From Elusimicrobiota bacterium (GTDB lineage Bacteria > Elusimicrobiota > Elusimicrobia > F11): DNA of 49,982 nt. Positions 45,789-49,982 of this stretch are shown here, in pieces. Location of the stretch: positions 1 through 49,982 of the forward strand of contig JBJXGI010000089.1 of assembly GCA_046153645.1 (NCBI GenBank), written 5' to 3'. The notes beneath the pieces are model-generated. The model was not told the origin of the DNA. It made no database searches and saw only the letters and a program-made list of their open reading frames with translations. The stretch's first letter is position 1, and each line of letters opens with the position of its first letter. A program made the position numbers and the translations under genes.

Positions 45789-46655
45789 TCATTTGTTTCT
45801 AATAACCTGCCATGTAACCAACACTTTTTCAATCAGATTTAATCGAATTTTCTTATTGAAAACGGGAAAATGATTGGCCTCTAACTTACTTAAAAGGCGT
45901 TCATAAATTTTTCCCATTATTTTGGCCGGCAACAGTTTTCCGTTTAAATGTAGGGGCTTAAGTTCTTCCGCTCTTTGAAAATAAGACCGAGCCACTTTGG
46001 TTTCATACTCAATGAGAGTTTCAAAAGACGAATTGCGCCACTTCTTCAACAATGCCTCCCTATCATACTGAAATTTTTCAAGATGGTCTTGAGGAATATA
46101 AATTCTTCCCATCTGCGCATCAACACCCACATCGCGAATGACATTCACCCATTGAATCGCAATTCCTAATCGAATAGCGTAATCTTTAGCTTCAACCCAC
46201 GGAACGCCAAAAATAGGCAAACATAACACGCCAACTGTTCCGGCAACACCATAACAGTAACTTTCTAAATCCATAGGAGTTTCAAATATATTTTTTTTGA
46301 GATCCACTGCCACACCCTGATCAATAAAGTCAAGTAAATATTGCTTGGGCAACTCAAATTTCCGCATAACTTCTATGAAGTGACTTGCTAACTCGCGGTG
46401 ATGCGTTTGTGTTATCTGATCAATGGTCTCATCTGAAAAAACTTTTTTCCATGATTCTAAAAATGCCTGAGGATCTTCAACATTGCTTTGGTCAACAGCA
46501 TCGTCCAACACCCGAAGAACCGCATATAACGTTTTTAATGCTTGACTACGCTCTGTCGACAAGAAAAAAAAGGCGGGTGCAAAATGACTATTTAAATAGG
46601 CTCTTTTAAGATTCGAAAGCCTTGAAATAAAGAACGTATTTTTAATATCAGACAT
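45789..46655 (-). CDS. Phytoene/squalene synthase family (HpnD-like)
   Basis: SHF..F, LYAVLRVLDDAVD, YCYGVAGTVG, QWVNVIRDVGVD..GRIYIP. Confidence 0.9.
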   Translation of the reverse strand: MSDIKNTFFISRLSNLKRAYLNSHFAPAFFFLSTERSQALKTLYAVLRVLDDAVDQSNVEDPQAFLESWKKVFSDETIDQITQTHHRELASHFIEVMRKFELPKQYLLDFIDQGVAVDLKKNIFETPMDLESYCYGVAGTVGVLCLPIFGVPWVEAKDYAIRLGIAIQWVNVIRDVGVDAQMGRIYIPQDHLEKFQYDREALLKKWRNSSFETLIEYETKVARSYFQRAEELKPLHLNGKLLPAKIMGKIYERLLSKLEANHFPVFNKKIRLNLIEKVLVTWQVIRNK

Positions 46656-46834
46656 AATTTAATATAATTGATAATCAACTATTTTCAAACCTATAAATAA
46701 AAACTAACCCCTCAAGAATACTCGATAACAAAAAGATCTACTAAACCCATACTGCACATACTGCAGATGACAACAAATTACCATTTTCCTAAGTTGACTT
46801 GGGAAACTTGAAAGAAAAAAAGTATTCTTTTTAG

Positions 46835-47374
46835 ATGAGTTCGAAAAAATTCAATTGGATCTTAGCGATTGGTTATGTTTTTTTTATTTATGCCACCCTC
46901 AACATTGCTAGAACTCCGCTGGCGTATTTAAGGGCTCACGGTTATTTAAAATTAACTCTAAACACTTTGTTTTTTCTCAGTGCATTATCAATGACCACTT
47001 ATCTCTTATGGTATAAAACACGTGAATGGTGGAGATATATATTTTTATTTTTCACTTTTTATCTTTATTCTTATTTTTCTAAGTTTACCCAAACACCAGA
47101 AGAACTTGTTCATTTTTTTCAATATGGTTTAGTCGGAGTACTATTCCTTCGAGCATTAGAAAAACATGATTTCAACAAACCATTCTCATGGGTCATGGCT
47201 TTTTTTATCGCAAGCATCGCCGGAATTATTGATGAACTTCTACAGGGACTTCTTCCCAATAGACATTATGATGCCCGCGATATTTTGCTAAATGTGATTT
47301 CCGTAACGCTCGGACTCTGTTCTTATTTTTCTCTCACAGCAACACAAACAAGTAAAAACCAAAATTCTAAATAA
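46835..47374 (+). CDS. VanZ-family membrane protein
   Basis: ELVHFFQYG, IDELLQGLLPNRHYDARDILLN. Confidence 0.85.
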   Translation: MSSKKFNWILAIGYVFFIYATLNIARTPLAYLRAHGYLKLTLNTLFFLSALSMTTYLLWYKTREWWRYIFLFFTFYLYSYFSKFTQTPEELVHFFQYGLVGVLFLRALEKHDFNKPFSWVMAFFIASIAGIIDELLQGLLPNRHYDARDILLNVISVTLGLCSYFSLTATQTSKNQNSK

Positions 47375-47470
47375 CAAAATTCAAACAAATCTCAATATTC
47401 AATTCTTTATTTTATTTTTTGAAAATGTTTGTTATTTGATGCTCTAACCTTGTCTTTTGAGTTGTTTTTT
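47354..47470. repeat. Heptamer-repeat inverted element, copy 2 (degenerate)
   Basis: AAAACCAAAATTCTAAATAACAAAATTCAAACAAATCTCAATATTCAA ... TTTGTTATTTG..TTTTGAGTTGTTTTTT. Confidence 0.55.
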
Positions 47471-47710
47471 AGAAGAAAAATGAATTCCACACAAGAAAAA
47501 TTGATGACAATTAAGCCTTTCTAAATTCACTTCTATTTTACAGCCTGTTTTTTAATATATTAATTGAAATTCAAAAACTCAAACTATTGACTTTATGACA
47601 TTATTCGAGGCATCCTTACATTATTAAGTGATTGGATTTTTAATATGAATTTGACACTTAAACACAATGATCGAAATTAAAAATCGCCTTGGTTTTTCAA
47701 GCAAATCAAA

Positions 47711-47747
47711 CCCCGTTCATTCATCTAAATGGACCGGGATTTTTTTT
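47711..47747 (+). terminator. Intrinsic terminator upstream of the Rrf2 gene
   Basis: CCCGUUCAUU-loop-AAUGGACCGGG-A-UUUUUUUU. Confidence 0.6.
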
Positions 47748-47755
47748 GCCTTTTT

Positions 47756-47776
47756 AATGGACTCTTTTAGTCCATT
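47756..47776. promoter_or_regulatory. Perfect palindrome, candidate Rrf2 operator
   Basis: AATGGACT-CTTTT-AGTCCATT; the GACT-N5-AGTC core matches IscR type-1 sites. Confidence 0.6.
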
Positions 47777-47815
47777 GGCTCAACAGCAAACAGTATTAGA
47801 TAAGGAGGCACACCT

Positions 47816-48169
47816 ATGAAACTAAATCAAAAAATAAATTACGGAGTCGCTTGTTTATTCGAACTTTCCAAACATCCGCATGAATTCATCGACACCGAAA
47901 GCATTAGTCATAAACAAAACATTCCACTGGCCTATGCGCACAAAATCCTTCAACTTCTTGCCCACGATGGGTTGGTCTTTTCACAAAAAGGTTTGGGGTA
48001 TAAATTAGCACGACCTTTATCTGAAGTAACTGCTCTTCACGTTATTGAAATTCTGGGAACAGAATCAAATTCCATTTCCCCTTCTAACAACGTAAGCGAC
48101 TTACTAGAGGCTCGAGTCAATCAAGCTCTCGGCAGTTTCACGTTAAATGACTTGCTTGCACGAGCCTAA
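47816..48169 (+). CDS. Rrf2-family transcriptional regulator, short and lacking the Cys cluster
   Basis: MKLNQKINYGV..L, NIPLAYAHKILQLL..GLVFSQKGLGYKLARP..VT..VIE, FTLNDL; SD AAGGAGG. Confidence 0.88.
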   Translation: MKLNQKINYGVACLFELSKHPHEFIDTESISHKQNIPLAYAHKILQLLAHDGLVFSQKGLGYKLARPLSEVTALHVIEILGTESNSISPSNNVSDLLEARVNQALGSFTLNDLLARA

Positions 48170-48172
48170 AAG

Positions 48173-49982
48173 ATGATCTCGAGAAAAGTTCTCTGTCTTT
48201 TCTCTAGGATTGCGGCTGCTGTTTTGGTGGGCGCGACTCTTCTTTTGTCTCCCATCAAATCATGGGCGGCAGGACTCACTATTTCTAGTGGAACGGTTAC
48301 GATTGCCAATAATGCCACTCTCACAAGTTCAGGCGATATCACCATTAATGGCGGAAACCTCGTCGCCAATGCTTCACAAATTATTGTTCAAGGAACCTGG
48401 ACACTGACGAGCGGATCTTTCTCAGCAGGGACTTCAACTGTAACACTTAGTTCACCCGGAATTAATAAACTTGTTGGGCCAACAACGTTCTATGTTCTAG
48501 AAGCCATCACGGCCGGCTCAACAGTCCAATTCACGGCAGGAGCCACATTCTATGTCACAAACACCCTGCGACTTCAAGATGTTGATTTAAGATCGACCAG
48601 CAATGGGAGCACCTGGTATCTTCGAATGACAGGCAGCAACCAATCCATAACAAGTGTTGATGTGAGAGATTCAAATGCCTCCCTTGGGACCACCATCCAA
48701 GCTCCTAACAGTACTAACTCAGGCAATAACACGAATTGGAACTTTCCAGTTATTGATATTGGTACTAGATATTGGGTTTCAACCATCACAGGTAATTGGA
48801 ATTCAACAAGCAATTGGTCTTTGGCCAGTGGAGGCGCTTCTGGGGCTTCTGTTCCTCTTTCAACTCATACCGTTGTCTTCGATGGAATAGGCGGCTCAAA
48901 TGGAACATGTAACATAAACACAACCATTAACATTGCGACGTTAACCATCTCAGGATACTCAGGGACTCTAAATACCTTGGGATATTCCATTACTGTTTCT
49001 AGCGCAATGAGTCAATCCAGTGGCACAATTGAATTAGGAACAACAACACTCACGCTTCAAGGGAATTTCAGTCGCACAGCAGGAACGTTTAATTCGTCTA
49101 ATTCAACCGTGACATTTTCAGGAAACATCAACCAATCGCTTATAACAGGCGGAGCGTCTTTTAATCACATTCAAATCAATAAATCTGCAAACACTGTAAC
49201 ACTAGGAAGTCATTTAAACTTGAATGGCTCACTCACCTTAACAGCAGGAACACTCAATACAAACGCTGCCAACAACTATTCTATTGCTGTTGGAAGTGAC
49301 GTTGTGATTAACGGCGGAACCTTTGTCATGAACGCTTCCACCATGAGTGTCGCGCTTGATTGGCTTTATCAATCCGGAACATTCACCCCAGGAACCAGTA
49401 CCGTAACATTCACAGGAGTAGAATTAGACACTCTTACGGGGCCAACCACTTTCTACTCTCTTAACGCCCTAACCGCAGGAACAACTTTACAATTTACTCC
49501 TGGCACCACAATTTACGTGACCAATACTTTGGCTCTTTCAAACATAAAATTACAATCAACAAGCCTCGGTGCCACATGGTACTTCAGTTTTTCTGGAACC
49601 AATCAAAATATTTCAAATGTTCAAGTTCAAGATTCCAATGCGCTAGGTGGAAATGTGCTCATCACAACAGGCAGCACAAACTTGGGTAATAATTTAAACT
49701 GGGCTTTCGGTGATGACCGTTATTGGGTGGCCTCAGGAGCCGCCAATTGGAGTGCCACTTCTAGCTGGTCTCGCGCCAGTGGTGGAACAGGCGGGGCTTC
49801 TGTCCCCACTTCAACTCACACTGTTATCTTCGACGGTGTTAATGGGAAAAACGGTACTTGTAATATTAATCTCAACGCTTCTGTTTCTACTCTCACGATT
49901 TCTGGTTACTCAGGCACCATCAACACCTTAGGAAGTACTGTCACCATCGCGAATACTTTTACTCAAACTTCAGGAACTCTCT
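48173..49982 (+). CDS. Large repetitive secreted beta-solenoid/adhesin-like protein, 3' partial and absent from the ORF track
   Basis: My own translation from ATG 48173 is open to the window end (603 codons): signal MISRKVLCLFSRIAAAVLVGATLLLSPIKSWA; rich in T/S/G/N; a unit of about 320 aa recurs (RYWV..NW..SGG..GASVP.STHTV.FDG at 48767 and 49718). Confidence 0.9.
   Translation, partial: MISRKVLCLFSRIAAAVLVGATLLLSPIKSWAAGLTISSGTVTIANNATLTSSGDITINGGNLVANASQIIVQGTWTLTSGSFSAGTSTVTLSSPGINKLVGPTTFYVLEAITAGSTVQFTAGATFYVTNTLRLQDVDLRSTSNGSTWYLRMTGSNQSITSVDVRDSNASLGTTIQAPNSTNSGNNTNWNFPVIDIGTRYWVSTITGNWNSTSNWSLASGGASGASVPLSTHTVVFDGIGGSNGTCNINTTINIATLTISGYSGTLNTLGYSITVSSAMSQSSGTIELGTTTLTLQGNFSRTAGTFNSSNSTVTFSGNINQSLITGGASFNHIQINKSANTVTLGSHLNLNGSLTLTAGTLNTNAANNYSIAVGSDVVINGGTFVMNASTMSVALDWLYQSGTFTPGTSTVTFTGVELDTLTGPTTFYSLNALTAGTTLQFTPGTTIYVTNTLALSNIKLQSTSLGATWYFSFSGTNQNISNVQVQDSNALGGNVLITTGSTNLGNNLNWAFGDDRYWVASGAANWSATSSWSRASGGTGGASVPTSTHTVIFDGVNGKNGTCNINLNASVSTLTISGYSGTINTLGSTVTIANTFTQTSGTL

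Noticed and set aside
46748..46806. CATACTGCA tandem duplication and TTCCTAAG-TTGA-CTTGGGAA imperfect palindrome in the divergent intergenic region
   Set aside because: Single short occurrences; they could be operators, but nothing ties them to a regulator.
47600..47750. c-di-GMP riboswitch upstream of the adhesin operon
   Set aside because: I could not find the GEMM-I features (GGCAAAC..GAAA..GACGCAAAGC); only the terminator is supported.
48166..49931. Short track ORFs at 48166, 48210, 48574, 48675 and 49710
   Set aside because: They are alternative frames of the single open frame starting at 48173.

Overview
Bacterial chromosomal window, AT-rich, diderm (lipoproteins, beta-barrels). The PorV-like gene paired with a CTD-bearing secreted protein and the giant multi-module protein suggest Elusimicrobiota or a related lineage; this is inference only. 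I saw no rRNA, tRNA, CRISPR array or transposase. Contents in order: a truncated ORF6N gene; four outer-membrane lipoproteins (LPP20/FlgP-like, FlgT-N-like, DUF799, CsgG+FlgT-C-like) downstream of nfu-mrp; a REC-GGDEF-EAL / GH94 laminaribiose phosphorylase-like / cNMP-binding / AI-2E cluster; two HEAT proteins; a glcDE fusion with glcF; a 3349-aa secreted, membrane-anchored giant protein; ppdK; a cysC-PHP-cysH-Yip1 operon; a GH18-IPT-CTD + PorV-like pair; a ClpP with Asn at the catalytic Asp position; DNA repair, c-di-GMP and terpene genes; and an Rrf2 gene directly followed by a large repetitive surface protein that runs off the window and is missing from the ORF track. The best candidate for an undescribed system is the giant protein (20350-30399). 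By eye it has an EreA/ChaN/TIKI-like domain, two CPBP-like membrane modules, a duplicated methyltransferase-like domain and recurring APLT junctions, and it sits behind a direct-repeat, apparently leaderless promoter. All domain calls are motif recognition by eye; no searches were run.
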